Virus record (IMG/VR): IMGVR_UViG_3300036784_000011
Span: 1 to 40,654 of that record
Reading direction: 5' to 3' (one strand)
Source: a virus
Taxonomy: Duplodnaviria; Caudoviricetes
DNA length: 40,654 nt
Position numbers and translations under genes: made by a program. Each line of letters starts with the position of its first letter. The first letter of the stretch is position 1. A model generated the notes under the pieces. It searched no databases. It saw only the letters and a list, made by a program, of their open reading frames with translations, and was not told the DNA's origin. Below, in pieces: positions 1 to 8,616 of this stretch.

Positions 1-89
1 ACGGTCGGCCCTGGATCCAGTCAGCGATCACCCCTCACAACAACTCGACCAATACCCTCACCCCGTTCGTCCAGCTCGCATCGAGGTAA
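1..89 (+). CDS. Major capsid protein (HK97-type), C-terminal fragment
   Basis: Frame from nt 3 reads GRPWIQSAITPHNNSTNTLTPFVQLASR-stop (TAA 87-89), a C-terminus typical of actinophage/prophage capsid proteins; lies directly upstream of head genes. Confidence 0.75.
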   Translation, partial: GRPWIQSAITPHNNSTNTLTPFVQLASR

Positions 90-92
90 CCG

Positions 93-374
93 ATGAGCTT
101 CTCGTTCAGCGCCGCAGGCACCAAGGAGCAGACGCTCGAAAGCCTCGGCAACGCGATCGTCAACAACAACGCCCTCGGCGACGTTGCGCTCGCGTTCGCC
201 AAGGAACTCGTCAATGCCGACAACACCAAGCCGGATGACACGCACACCGTGCGGTATTCCGTTTCGGCAAGCGGGCACTCTGACGGTGGCGTCGGCTCAA
301 CGTCGTATGCATCCGTTTCGTTCTCGGCATCATTCGAGCCCAAGCCTGAGCCGTCGGCTCCGGCACCAGCGTAG
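93..374 (+). CDS. Hypothetical protein (93 aa)
   Basis: ORF starts 3 nt after the capsid stop, with GAGG upstream. Confidence 0.65.
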   Translation: MSFSFSAAGTKEQTLESLGNAIVNNNALGDVALAFAKELVNADNTKPDDTHTVRYSVSASGHSDGGVGSTSYASVSFSASFEPKPEPSAPAPA

Positions 375-449
375 GAACCGGGCATCAAAACCCCCGGCTC
401 TGAATTAGCAGAAGTGCAGTAACGCCCACTTCCAAGGAGGAAGTTAGAA

Positions 450-920
450 ATGGCAGGAATGGAACTACTCGGAAGGGTCTGCAACGTTATCCCGATCGCC
501 TCGGGGCAGCCCTTCAAGATGCGCGATGCGTCGTCGGCCATGATCGTCGTGACGGGCGGCACCGCCGTCATCACGATGACCCAGGCGGCCGGGTTCGCCG
601 GTACGCCGCAGACGCTCCTCTGCATCAAGAACGTCTACTACTCGACGCAGAGCAACGGCACGGCGGCATGGGCCAAGGGCATCTCGTGGAACGTCCCGGC
701 CGTGACGCCGCCCCCGGCGCTTCTGGCGACGTACACGCATGGCACCACGGCTGGCCTCACGACTGCGGTGATGTCGGCGTTCACGATCTTCACGTCCGAG
801 CTAGCCGACCCGTTCAACTACGTCATCGCCACCGCCACCGGCTCCGGGCTCTGCTCGGTCATCACCGGCGACATGGTCCACCAGCGGACTCCCGCCAACC
901 TCGCGATCCTGGCCGCCTGA
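450..920 (+). CDS. Capsid-associated / head decoration-like protein
   Basis: Strong SD (AAGGAGG); MAGMELLGRVCNVIPIASG N-terminus; position right after capsid. Confidence 0.6.
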   Translation: MAGMELLGRVCNVIPIASGQPFKMRDASSAMIVVTGGTAVITMTQAAGFAGTPQTLLCIKNVYYSTQSNGTAAWAKGISWNVPAVTPPPALLATYTHGTTAGLTTAVMSAFTIFTSELADPFNYVIATATGSGLCSVITGDMVHQRTPANLAILAA

Positions 921-1402
921 TGAGTAGCACCGTCAAGGGGTTCTCCGTCCGGACTGTCGACACGCAGCACGGTAAGGCTGAGCTTGGGCACTACGCCGTC
1001 AACTTCGGCAAGGTGCTGCCGGCTACGGCGACCGGGAACCTGTTCACGGTTTCCGGTGTGATCCAAGCCAGCCTTGTCGGTGTCGTCTCAACGATCGGTA
1101 CGACGGCTACGCACCTGTCAATCGGTGTCACGGGAAACAACACGCTCATCGCGGCGAACGGAGCAGCTCAGTTCAGCACTGTCGCCGTCGGGTCCGTGTT
1201 CCAGCTGCCGGGCGTTCTCGGCGGCGCGCTGCCGGCTCCGGTCGTCGCCACCGGCATCGCCGTTGGGATCTCGTTGTTCACGGTTTCCAACACCATTATC
1301 ACCCTGACAACCGACGCTACCAACACTGCGGCGATTACCTGGATTCTTTGCTACTCGCCGCTATTCCCGAAGAGCAACGCCACGCCGGTCGTCAACGACT
1401 AG
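920..1402 (+). CDS. Beta-rich virion decoration-like protein, paralog 1
   Basis: Start re-called at ATG 920 (TGATG overlap with upstream gene); LPATATGNLFTVSG...ITLTTDATNTAAITWILCYSP motif shared with the next three genes. Confidence 0.65.
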   Translation: MSSTVKGFSVRTVDTQHGKAELGHYAVNFGKVLPATATGNLFTVSGVIQASLVGVVSTIGTTATHLSIGVTGNNTLIAANGAAQFSTVAVGSVFQLPGVLGGALPAPVVATGIAVGISLFTVSNTIITLTTDATNTAAITWILCYSPLFPKSNATPVVND

Positions 1403-1411
1403 GAGCCTGAA

Positions 1412-1882
1412 ATGTCTACTATCATCCAGGGGTACCTGCTAAGGACATCCCTGTTTGGTAACCAGGTCATCAAGGCTGCACAAGCTCTTCCGCAGAACAC
1501 CACGGCCACGCTCGCTACCGTTACTGGCGGCATGGTCTTGATCACATCGATGCTCGGGATTGTTACTGTGGCGGTCGGCGCGACCGCGACAAACCTGAGT
1601 GTGGGAACAGTCCCGACCATCGGTGTGGCCAGCGTTACTGGGATCGGTGCGGCAACGCCGATTGCCTCCACTCCCATAGGCAGTTGGATTACCCCGGTTC
1701 AGTCGGCTGGTATATCCGGGCAGCTCGCGGTTGGCGCTAATGCTGGAACTGCGGTCTTCCTCCCGACCCCCATGGTCGTGTCGGCCGGTACCATTACCTG
1801 GACGACTAGCGCTAACAACACCGGACAGGTGAAGTGGTACTTCACCTACGTCCCTGTGGATACGGCGGCGTTCCTGTCATGA
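1412..1882 (+). CDS. Beta-rich virion decoration-like protein, paralog 2
   Basis: AGGAG SD; LPQNTTATLATVTGG...AGTITWTTSANNTGQVKWYFTYVP. Confidence 0.7.
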   Translation: MSTIIQGYLLRTSLFGNQVIKAAQALPQNTTATLATVTGGMVLITSMLGIVTVAVGATATNLSVGTVPTIGVASVTGIGAATPIASTPIGSWITPVQSAGISGQLAVGANAGTAVFLPTPMVVSAGTITWTTSANNTGQVKWYFTYVPVDTAAFLS

Positions 1883-2622
1883 ATGCTCTCGTATACGCGC
1901 CCGGCCCGTTCATCGGCCAGAGACAGCTCTCAGACTCTATTATCGGTACGCAGGTATTGCGTGGCGGCGGTCTTGCCCCTCCGTTGGCCCTTCCGCAGAA
2001 TACGACTGCTACCTTGTACACGATCACCGGTGGGGCGATCATGGTGACGGCCCTCATAGGGCAGGTGGCGACAACTATCGGTGCTGGCGTTAACTTGTCT
2101 ATTGGGGTTACGCCTTCGCTTGGTGGTGCGAACGCTGTTGGGCTCGGTGGTCCAACCCCTATCGGCGGCCTGGTTGCTGGATCGCTTATACTCATGCCGT
2201 TCTCGGTCGGTGTGGCCGGAAGTAACCTTGTAGCGCCAGCCATCCCGCTCTCGGGTGCGCCGGTAACCAACAACTACCACGGAACCGTCACGGTTGTGAT
2301 CTCTGGCGGCACCGTGACGGCCGTAACCATCAACGGGGTGCTCGCGGGCTCGGGCGACGGCACATACCAGGTTCCGGCGCACGGTACGATTAGTATCACC
2401 TACTCCCTCGCGCCGACGTGGGTCTGGACTTCGAGCGCTGCTCTCGTAACGAATCAAAACGGTGTCGTGAACATCTCCAGGGAACATATCGTTCCGGCCG
2501 GGACCATTACCTGGACAACTAACGCCTCGGTCGCTGGGTCGATCAGATGGTGGCTCGATTACATACAGCTTGATAGCCAGCCTGGGTTCAACCAGAGTGG
2601 AATAGGATTGGTGAACTTATGA
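1879..2622 (+). CDS. Beta-rich virion decoration-like protein, paralog 3, with 64-aa insert
   Basis: Start re-called at ATG 1879 (ATGA overlap); LPQNTTATLYTITGG...AGTITWTTNASVAGSIRWWLDY. Confidence 0.7.
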   Translation: MNALVYAPGPFIGQRQLSDSIIGTQVLRGGGLAPPLALPQNTTATLYTITGGAIMVTALIGQVATTIGAGVNLSIGVTPSLGGANAVGLGGPTPIGGLVAGSLILMPFSVGVAGSNLVAPAIPLSGAPVTNNYHGTVTVVISGGTVTAVTINGVLAGSGDGTYQVPAHGTISITYSLAPTWVWTSSAALVTNQNGVVNISREHIVPAGTITWTTNASVAGSIRWWLDYIQLDSQPGFNQSGIGLVNL

Positions 2623-3017
2623 GCCAGCTCCAGAATAGCTTGCAGCTAGAGCAGTCGATCTACGGGACAACGCTGGTTTCCCCGGCTTCGGTCGTACCTA
2701 CGGTTTCCGGCACCCTTCGTACGGTCGCTGGTGGCCCCATCCGGATCACCGGCGTTGTGGCGATTGTCACGACCGTGTTTACATCCACCGTGACGACCTT
2801 CAACATGGGCACGGCGGCTGGCGCCACGACCCTGTTCAACGCGACGGCGCTCACGTCGCTGACGGTAGGAACAACTCTTGTTGGAATCCCAACTCCCGCT
2901 GCTCCAGTGGTAGCTGCGGCCGGGCTGATCTCCTGGATCGCTTCGGTCGCCAACACGGGGCAGCTTCAGGTATATATCAGCTACATTCCGGTCATCGCCG
3001 GTGTGACGGTCGTCTAG
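2619..3017 (+). CDS. Beta-rich virion decoration-like protein, paralog 4 (short)
   Basis: ATGA overlap; VPTVSGTLRTVAGGPIRITGVVAIVTT...AGLISWIASVANTGQLQVYISYIP. Confidence 0.65.
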   Translation: MSQLQNSLQLEQSIYGTTLVSPASVVPTVSGTLRTVAGGPIRITGVVAIVTTVFTSTVTTFNMGTAAGATTLFNATALTSLTVGTTLVGIPTPAAPVVAAAGLISWIASVANTGQLQVYISYIPVIAGVTVV

Positions 3018-3022
3018 GAGGA

Positions 3023-3298
3023 ATGATGGGTTACTGGGACTGCCCTGAATGTGGGACCAAGGGAATCCTCGGTCTCCCGTTCTGTCCACATTGCAAGGCT
3101 CCTAGCACAGAAGAGGCGATCCCAGAAGCGCCTGCGGCTCCGGAACTTGAGCCTGAGAGTGGCACTCAGGCGGATGCGTCGGCGGGCGCGGCCCCGGAGT
3201 CGCAGGTCCAAACGGAAGATGATGAGCCGGTCGGAGACGCGGCCGACGAGGAACAGAATACAAAGAAGGGTGGTAGTGGTAGTGCCAAAGGCAAATGA
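3023..3298 (+). CDS. Zinc-ribbon protein with acidic low-complexity tail
   Basis: AGGAGG SD; CPECG...CPHC motif. Confidence 0.7.
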   Translation: MMGYWDCPECGTKGILGLPFCPHCKAPSTEEAIPEAPAAPELEPESGTQADASAGAAPESQVQTEDDEPVGDAADEEQNTKKGGSGSAKGK

Positions 3299-3719
3299 AG
3301 CTGGCTACAGCAACGCCGCTGACGGAACGTTCGTTCACTACAGCGATACCCCGGCCGATCTCCGCGAGGCTGCGGAAGTCAAGGAAGCTCTGGAGACCGC
3401 AGAAGCGGCCGAAGAGGACATCAAGGAAGATGAGGAGGTAGCGTCATCAGCTGGTACCAGCTCCTCGACATCAGGAAGCAAGCAAGACAAGAGTGGCACT
3501 TCTACTGGGACAGGCCCCCAGTCGCCTGCCCCCACGACGGACAGCCCCTCCTCCAAGGACCGCCCTCAGAACCAGGGCTCCTCTTCTGCCCCTTCGACGG
3601 ATGGCAGTGGCCAAGGGACTTCATCCGCCCAGTCGAGCCGGCAGGCCTCTTCGGCGGCCTCAGCGCAAGGGGAGCAAGCTACTCAAGCGGGGACTGACTC
3701 CAAAAGCGGGAAGCAGTGA
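3282..3719 (+). CDS. Hypothetical acidic/Ser-rich protein
   Basis: Likely GTG start at 3282 (VPKANEAGYSNAA); the Ser/Thr-rich C-half overlaps a second reading frame. Confidence 0.5.
   Translation: MPKANEAGYSNAADGTFVHYSDTPADLREAAEVKEALETAEAAEEDIKEDEEVASSAGTSSSTSGSKQDKSGTSTGTGPQSPAPTTDSPSSKDRPQNQGSSSAPSTDGSGQGTSSAQSSRQASSAASAQGEQATQAGTDSKSGKQ
3446..3697 (+). CDS. Overlapping zinc-binding protein with non-canonical ATC start (83 aa)
   Basis: Reads ISWYQLLDIRKQARQEWHFYWDRPPVACPHDGQPLLQGPPSEPGLLFCPFDGWQWPRDF...; SD GAGGAGGT 6 nt upstream; in-frame TGA at 3431, so no upstream ATG/GTG/TTG is possible. Confidence 0.65.
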   Translation: MSWYQLLDIRKQARQEWHFYWDRPPVACPHDGQPLLQGPPSEPGLLFCPFDGWQWPRDFIRPVEPAGLFGGLSARGASYSSGD

Positions 3720-3758
3720 GGAAGTTCCGGCTAGTGGAGGGTTCCTTATCCCATAGAC

Positions 3759-3795
3759 CCGCTAGGCGGTGGACTCCAGCCCCGCCGCCTAGCGG
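3759..3795 (+). terminator. GC-rich hairpin (terminator-like or regulatory)
   Basis: CCGCTAGGCGGT/GCCGCCTAGCGG 12-bp stem in the intergenic gap; no U tract. Confidence 0.5.
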
Positions 3796-3860
3796 TCCTA
3801 ACTGAATAGTTTTAGCCAGACCCACGGCTTCGGCCGACGCCAAGAAAGCAAGGGACAGGA

Positions 3861-4970
3861 ATGGCAATCGTCAACCAGCCGTGCTACTGCACGCGCGAGA
3901 TGGTTCGTCGTGCGCTCGATGTCAAGCAGGCATCGTATACCAACGAAGCGGTTGACCGTGCCATCTGTGCCGCCACCGATGCCGTTGAGGATCTGACCCA
4001 GCGGAGGTTCTACCCGCTCGACACCACTCGCAAGTGGGACTGGCCTAACTTCCAGTATGCATATCCTTGGCGAGTTTGGTTTGATAACTTTGAGTTGGCC
4101 GCTATTCCAACCTTGGTGACTACCGGCAGCCTGCTTCCCGTTCCAATTGTTATCCCGGTAGCCGATTGTATTTTCCAGCCTGTGAATGAGGGGCCACCTT
4201 TCACACGGATGGAGCTGCGTCGGGACAGGAACAGCAGTTTCGGGAACAACACCACTCCGCAGCTGGATATTGCTATCACCGGGACGTTCGGCTTCTGGAT
4301 GAAGACTAGACCTGCCGGAGCTACCGCTGCGTCCGTTGGACTTAGCGATCTGACGGTTACCGTAACGGATGGCTATAATGTTGGCGTTGGTGATGTGATG
4401 ATCATCGACAGCGAGCGAATGATAGTGATTGATGCCAACTACGTCGATACGACGATCGCATATACCGGAGTAGCGACGGCATCAGCTGCTGCCAACGTGA
4501 TGGGAGTTCCGGACGGCACGAAGTTCGTGGTTGGCGAAGTTCTCCTTATTGATTCTGAGTGGATGTTGATCCAGGGAATAACCGGCAACAACCTTGTAGT
4601 CAAGAGGGCCTGGGATGCCTCGGTCCTCGCGGTTCACAGCGGGGCGACGACGATATTTGCTCGTAGGCTCTTGTCGGTCGAGCGAGGCGTGCTCGGTACC
4701 ACAGCGGCCACGCACCTGAGTGCTGCGCCGATAGTTGTTAGTGATGTGCCCGGCCTCGTTCGCGAGCTGGCCATAGCCGAAGCGGAAGTTTGGATAGCGC
4801 AGGAGCCGACCGCATATAGTGGGGCGGCGGGACCACAGAAGCCAGTTACGGCCGGGCGCGGTGGCTATAGCGTCAGCGAGCCGGTAGCCGGTGCCGGCAT
4901 CATGGACTTGAGGCAACGAGTCCAGAACAGTCGGTTCACACGTAAGGCAAGGAGCCGGGCGATCTTATGA
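3861..4970 (+). CDS. Head-to-tail adaptor/connector with inserted repeated beta domains
   Basis: N-terminal YCTREMVRRAL...RRFYP; ITGTFGF; two G-(D/E)-V-x-x-IDSE repeats; synteny. Confidence 0.6.
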   Translation: MAIVNQPCYCTREMVRRALDVKQASYTNEAVDRAICAATDAVEDLTQRRFYPLDTTRKWDWPNFQYAYPWRVWFDNFELAAIPTLVTTGSLLPVPIVIPVADCIFQPVNEGPPFTRMELRRDRNSSFGNNTTPQLDIAITGTFGFWMKTRPAGATAASVGLSDLTVTVTDGYNVGVGDVMIIDSERMIVIDANYVDTTIAYTGVATASAAANVMGVPDGTKFVVGEVLLIDSEWMLIQGITGNNLVVKRAWDASVLAVHSGATTIFARRLLSVERGVLGTTAATHLSAAPIVVSDVPGLVRELAIAEAEVWIAQEPTAYSGAAGPQKPVTAGRGGYSVSEPVAGAGIMDLRQRVQNSRFTRKARSRAIL

Positions 4971-5335
4971 AGAAGATATGGCTTCTTGTCGTAGCCGTTG
5001 CGATAGCTCTAACGGTGTACTACTACGCAACATGGCAGCACTGGCTCGCGTACGCGACCGGAAGCTACAATACTCAGGGTGTTGCGCATAACTACAATGC
5101 CTTCTCCGGTTCGCTGTCGGATGTCGGTCAGCTAACTCTGGTTGCCAGCCTTGTTGCCTCCACTATCCTATTGTGGAGGGTTCATACCTGCCACGGATAC
5201 TGGTGGTGCTGGCGTCACGGCCATTACAACCTTGAAGGAACTCCTTACAAGGTATGTGCCAAGCATCATCCGGATGATGTCCCTACTGCTAAAGAGGCAA
5301 TGTCTGCGGCTAAGGCGGCGTCTAATGGACATTAA
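4967..5335 (+). CDS. Membrane protein with C-terminal Cys/His cluster
   Basis: Two hydrophobic segments; HTCH..CWRHG..CAKHHP. Confidence 0.65.
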   Translation: MKKIWLLVVAVAIALTVYYYATWQHWLAYATGSYNTQGVAHNYNAFSGSLSDVGQLTLVASLVASTILLWRVHTCHGYWWCWRHGHYNLEGTPYKVCAKHHPDDVPTAKEAMSAAKAASNGH

Positions 5336-5789
5336 TGTTGATGTTAACCTGAGCGGCCCAATCGTGGACGGTCTAGCCCAACGCGAGGTCGAGCGGTTCG
5401 CTCGCCATGTCGAGGACACGCTAGCCGATATTGGCGTGCCGATGATCCGGAACTACCTTGAGACGCAGTACATGTACCTGGGCCATCACGGCGGTACGCC
5501 TCAGTTCAACCCGGTCCCGGCGAATGCCGGGGCGCTACAAGCTGCGGTCCATGCCGAGCGAGCGACGGAAGAGTCAACGATCATCACCGACGACCCGGTT
5601 ACTTATGGTGCCTGGATCGAGGGCGTTGACTCGATGAACCTTATCATATGGCCGCACCGGAGGAATCCGCCGCCGAGGAGATTCCCCGGATACCACGGGT
5701 TCAGGCGCGTAAGCAAGAGCCTGAACGCAATGGCAGTTCCGATCGCATATCGCGAGCTGCCGTTCTACATCAGAATGATGAATAGCTAG
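5325..5789 (+). CDS. Neck/tail completion protein (HK97 gp10-like)
   Basis: Start re-called at ATG 5325; YGAWIEG...RFPGYHGFRR motif; synteny. Confidence 0.55.
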   Translation: MDINVDVNLSGPIVDGLAQREVERFARHVEDTLADIGVPMIRNYLETQYMYLGHHGGTPQFNPVPANAGALQAAVHAERATEESTIITDDPVTYGAWIEGVDSMNLIIWPHRRNPPPRRFPGYHGFRRVSKSLNAMAVPIAYRELPFYIRMMNS

Positions 5790-5800
5790 GAGGCTGGAAA

Positions 5801-6064
5801 ATGAAGTGCATGATGTGCGTAGGAGCGCTAGTGATGATGGAGGCCAAGCGCGCTCTCGGAGAGACTGTCGATCTTCCCGAGGTCAACGAGGCCATCACTA
5901 TGGCTCCGTCCTGGCAACAGCAGAGGATCGGGCCGAATCTGGTTATGGCGTGCGTCGCGCTCCCGGTGTGCAAATCCCACCTCGAAGTCAGCGAGCTATC
6001 CCCGGCCGAGCAGGCGATCAGGAACGGAACGCTACTTGAGGGGGCAGTAGCGCCGAATGGCTAA
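5801..6064 (+). CDS. Hypothetical protein, possible metal-binding
   Basis: GGAGG SD; CxxC and CxxH motifs. Confidence 0.6.
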   Translation: MKCMMCVGALVMMEAKRALGETVDLPEVNEAITMAPSWQQQRIGPNLVMACVALPVCKSHLEVSELSPAEQAIRNGTLLEGAVAPNG

Positions 6065-6533
6065 TTTTAATGATTCTGCGGTGATGACCGTCTTCGACAA
6101 GGTGGTCAGCTTCGCGCTCGCAACGGGCCGGTTCGATCACGTCAACCAACACGAGCCGAAGAATGCGCCTGGGCGCGGCCTGGAGTGTTCCGTGTGGATG
6201 AACACGATCGCCCCGGTTCGTGCATCTGGGATGGGTGCGGTCAGCGGAGTCGTCACACTGTATGCGAGGATATATACAAACTTCCGGCAGCAGCCGTATG
6301 ACTCGATCGACCCGCAGGTCATGGCTGCTGTGGCCGACCTTATGGGCGCTATGGCAGGAAACTTCGACTTCGGCGGGGCTGCCAATGTCCGGGCGGTCGA
6401 TCTCCTTGGTGGATGGTCTAACACCCCGCTTAGCGCGGCGGCCGGATATGTCGAGATTGACCGGCAGATGTTCCGGGTTATGACCATCACAATCCCGATC
6501 GTGATCAACGATATGTTCGTGGAGGCTGGATAA
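6057..6533 (+). CDS. Tail terminator-like protein
   Basis: 158 aa; VNQHEPKNAPG motif; position before tail genes. Confidence 0.55.
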   Translation: MANFNDSAVMTVFDKVVSFALATGRFDHVNQHEPKNAPGRGLECSVWMNTIAPVRASGMGAVSGVVTLYARIYTNFRQQPYDSIDPQVMAAVADLMGAMAGNFDFGGAANVRAVDLLGGWSNTPLSAAAGYVEIDRQMFRVMTITIPIVINDMFVEAG

Positions 6534-6534
6534 G

Positions 6535-7173
6535 ATGAGCGGCGAGGTTCTGCTAGGATACGTCACCGGTGGCATGAACCGTGACGAGTTCATGGATTCG
6601 GTCATCGTGTCAATTCTGTCAGATGATGCGGTGGGCGGATACATTAAGGTGAATCCGGGGCCGCTCGTCGCCCTGGGCCGGAACCTACTCACCGGGCAGT
6701 TCCTCGGCCGCGATCAGGAATGGCTCATGATGGTCGATACCGACATCGTGTTCGCCAAGGATGCGGTTAGTCGGCTCCTCGCGTCGGCCGATCCTGTCGA
6801 GCGTCCGATTATGAGCGGCCTCTATCACATCTTTGAGAAGGGCCGGAAGGTTCCGGCCGTGTATGCAAACGTAGCCGATGATCCGGGCGGCATAGACCTG
6901 GTTCCGTATGACGCGCCAGACGAGGACATCGTGGCACAGGCGTTCTCTGTGGGGGCCGGGTTCCTCCTGGTACACCGATCAGTCTTCGAGAAGATTCGTG
7001 ACATGTCAGAGGGCCAGGCCTCCTGGTTCCGTGAGATCGTTGTGGATGGCAGGGACTTCGGCGAAGACATTTCCTTCTGCTTGCGCGCGAATGTGGCTGG
7101 ATTCCCGATTCATGTTAACACCGGCGTCAGGGTCGGCCATATCAAATCAGCAATGCTAGGGGAAGTGACATAA
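6535..7173 (+). CDS. Glycosyltransferase, GT-A fold (family 2-like)
   Basis: WLMMVDTDIVF (DxD), GAGFLLVHRSVFE, GEDISFCLRA...GHIK motifs. Confidence 0.8.
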   Translation: MSGEVLLGYVTGGMNRDEFMDSVIVSILSDDAVGGYIKVNPGPLVALGRNLLTGQFLGRDQEWLMMVDTDIVFAKDAVSRLLASADPVERPIMSGLYHIFEKGRKVPAVYANVADDPGGIDLVPYDAPDEDIVAQAFSVGAGFLLVHRSVFEKIRDMSEGQASWFREIVVDGRDFGEDISFCLRANVAGFPIHVNTGVRVGHIKSAMLGEVT

Positions 7174-8150
7174 TGCCAGGTACCAAGGTAACCGGCCTAG
7201 GTGACAATTTCTACTACGGCGGATATGACCTGTCCGGTGACGTTTCGTCGCTAGACCAGATCTCCGCTCCACAGGGCACTCTTGATGCTACTGGTATGAC
7301 ACAGAAGGCATTTCAGAGGCTCAAGGGTCTCCGCGACGGCGCGATGTCGTTCACGACGTTCATGAACGTGAACTTCCCGGCCGTATCAACTCCCGGTGTG
7401 CCGCTGACTACGGTGCCGGTTGTCAGCACGTTTAACTACACCGTCAAGGTTACCATCACCGGTGGCACGATGTCCAACGTCGTGATCAATGGTGTGTCGG
7501 TTGGTGCCGGAGCCGGAACCTACATCCTCCCCGCGTTCGGGACAATCACCCTGACGTACACGGTGGCTCCGACTTGGAACTGGTTCTCGCTCGGAACTGA
7601 GCATACCATTCTGTCAACACTTCCGTCGGCTGACATTATCGCCAGCTACTTCCAGGGTGTCACGTTCAGCGTCAGCTCGATCGGGCAGCCGGCAGCGTCG
7701 ATGGTATCGAAGCAGACGAGCTATGACCCGACTAGGGATAGCACCGGCAACCTTTCATTCAAGGTGGCTTCGCAGGCCAATGCGTTCGGTCTTGAATGGG
7801 GAGTTCAGCTAACAAGCGGCCTACGTGTTGACAACGGTGTTGTGACCGGGCCTGCTATTGACCTTGGGACTCCGAACCCGCAGCTGTTCGGATGCCAGGC
7901 TTACCTCCACCTGATTGAGCTTGTCGGTACCAACATCGACATAACCATTCAGCACGCGACTTCCTCGGGCGGCTCGTACACTACTCTGCTCGACTTCGGT
8001 TCGCAGACAGCGATTGGCGCGTTCCGGCAGTTTACCGCCAACAACGTCAGCGTCAACGAGTTCATCAAGGTCGTCTCGGCCGGAACGTTCACGCAGGCGG
8101 TATTCGGAATCAACTTCATCAGGAACCCAGCGGCTGGAGTGATCTTCTGA
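7173..8150 (+). CDS. Tail structural protein (major-tail-like) with 64-aa insert
   Basis: GLGDNFYYGGYDLSGD...LDATG...RLKGLRDGAMSFTTF N-terminus typical of actinophage tail proteins. Confidence 0.6.
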   Translation: MPGTKVTGLGDNFYYGGYDLSGDVSSLDQISAPQGTLDATGMTQKAFQRLKGLRDGAMSFTTFMNVNFPAVSTPGVPLTTVPVVSTFNYTVKVTITGGTMSNVVINGVSVGAGAGTYILPAFGTITLTYTVAPTWNWFSLGTEHTILSTLPSADIIASYFQGVTFSVSSIGQPAASMVSKQTSYDPTRDSTGNLSFKVASQANAFGLEWGVQLTSGLRVDNGVVTGPAIDLGTPNPQLFGCQAYLHLIELVGTNIDITIQHATSSGGSYTTLLDFGSQTAIGAFRQFTANNVSVNEFIKVVSAGTFTQAVFGINFIRNPAAGVIF

Positions 8151-8614
8151 TGCAAATGGGGGCTTTCAACCACAACAACATTCGGCTCGCGGCCGGTCCG
8201 CAGAACTACAAGAGCTACTCCATGCGAGCGCCGTTCAGGACTCACTGGCGCCTAGCTTCTTGTGAGGAGTACGAGTGCGAGGCGTACTTCAAGGGGTTCG
8301 TGACTACTGTTGATCTCAACACCGAGTTGGGGCAGAGGCAGTATGAATACCTCTCGCATGACCGAGAGCGCTCATTCCATATGCAGCGCTTGAGCATGTC
8401 GCTCGTCAAGTTCGTGTACGGGCCGGGGAACCGCTGCTTTAGTTCGCATGAGCACCGGGTTCCCATCGGTCGCCCGCCTCGCCTCCTCGTGGTTGGCGGA
8501 GACTGGCGCGGGAATCCGCGCAGGGAAAGGCGTGTCCACTCCAACGTCGATGACTGGGTGGACGACGCAAGGAATCATCAAGATAAGATCGCAACGATCG
8601 TACAGAGAGGTTAG
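8150..8614 (+). CDS. Hypothetical protein in tail operon
   Basis: Translationally coupled (TGATG); CEEYEC and C..H motifs. Confidence 0.65.
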   Translation: MQMGAFNHNNIRLAAGPQNYKSYSMRAPFRTHWRLASCEEYECEAYFKGFVTTVDLNTELGQRQYEYLSHDRERSFHMQRLSMSLVKFVYGPGNRCFSSHEHRVPIGRPPRLLVVGGDWRGNPRRERRVHSNVDDWVDDARNHQDKIATIVQRG

Positions 8615-8616
8615 AC

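Noticed and set aside
668-919. Upstream extensions of ORF-track calls (668, 1834, 3051, 5142, 20777, 34671, 35403 and similar)
   Set aside because: They overlap neighbouring real genes; better starts with SD or stop-start coupling lie downstream
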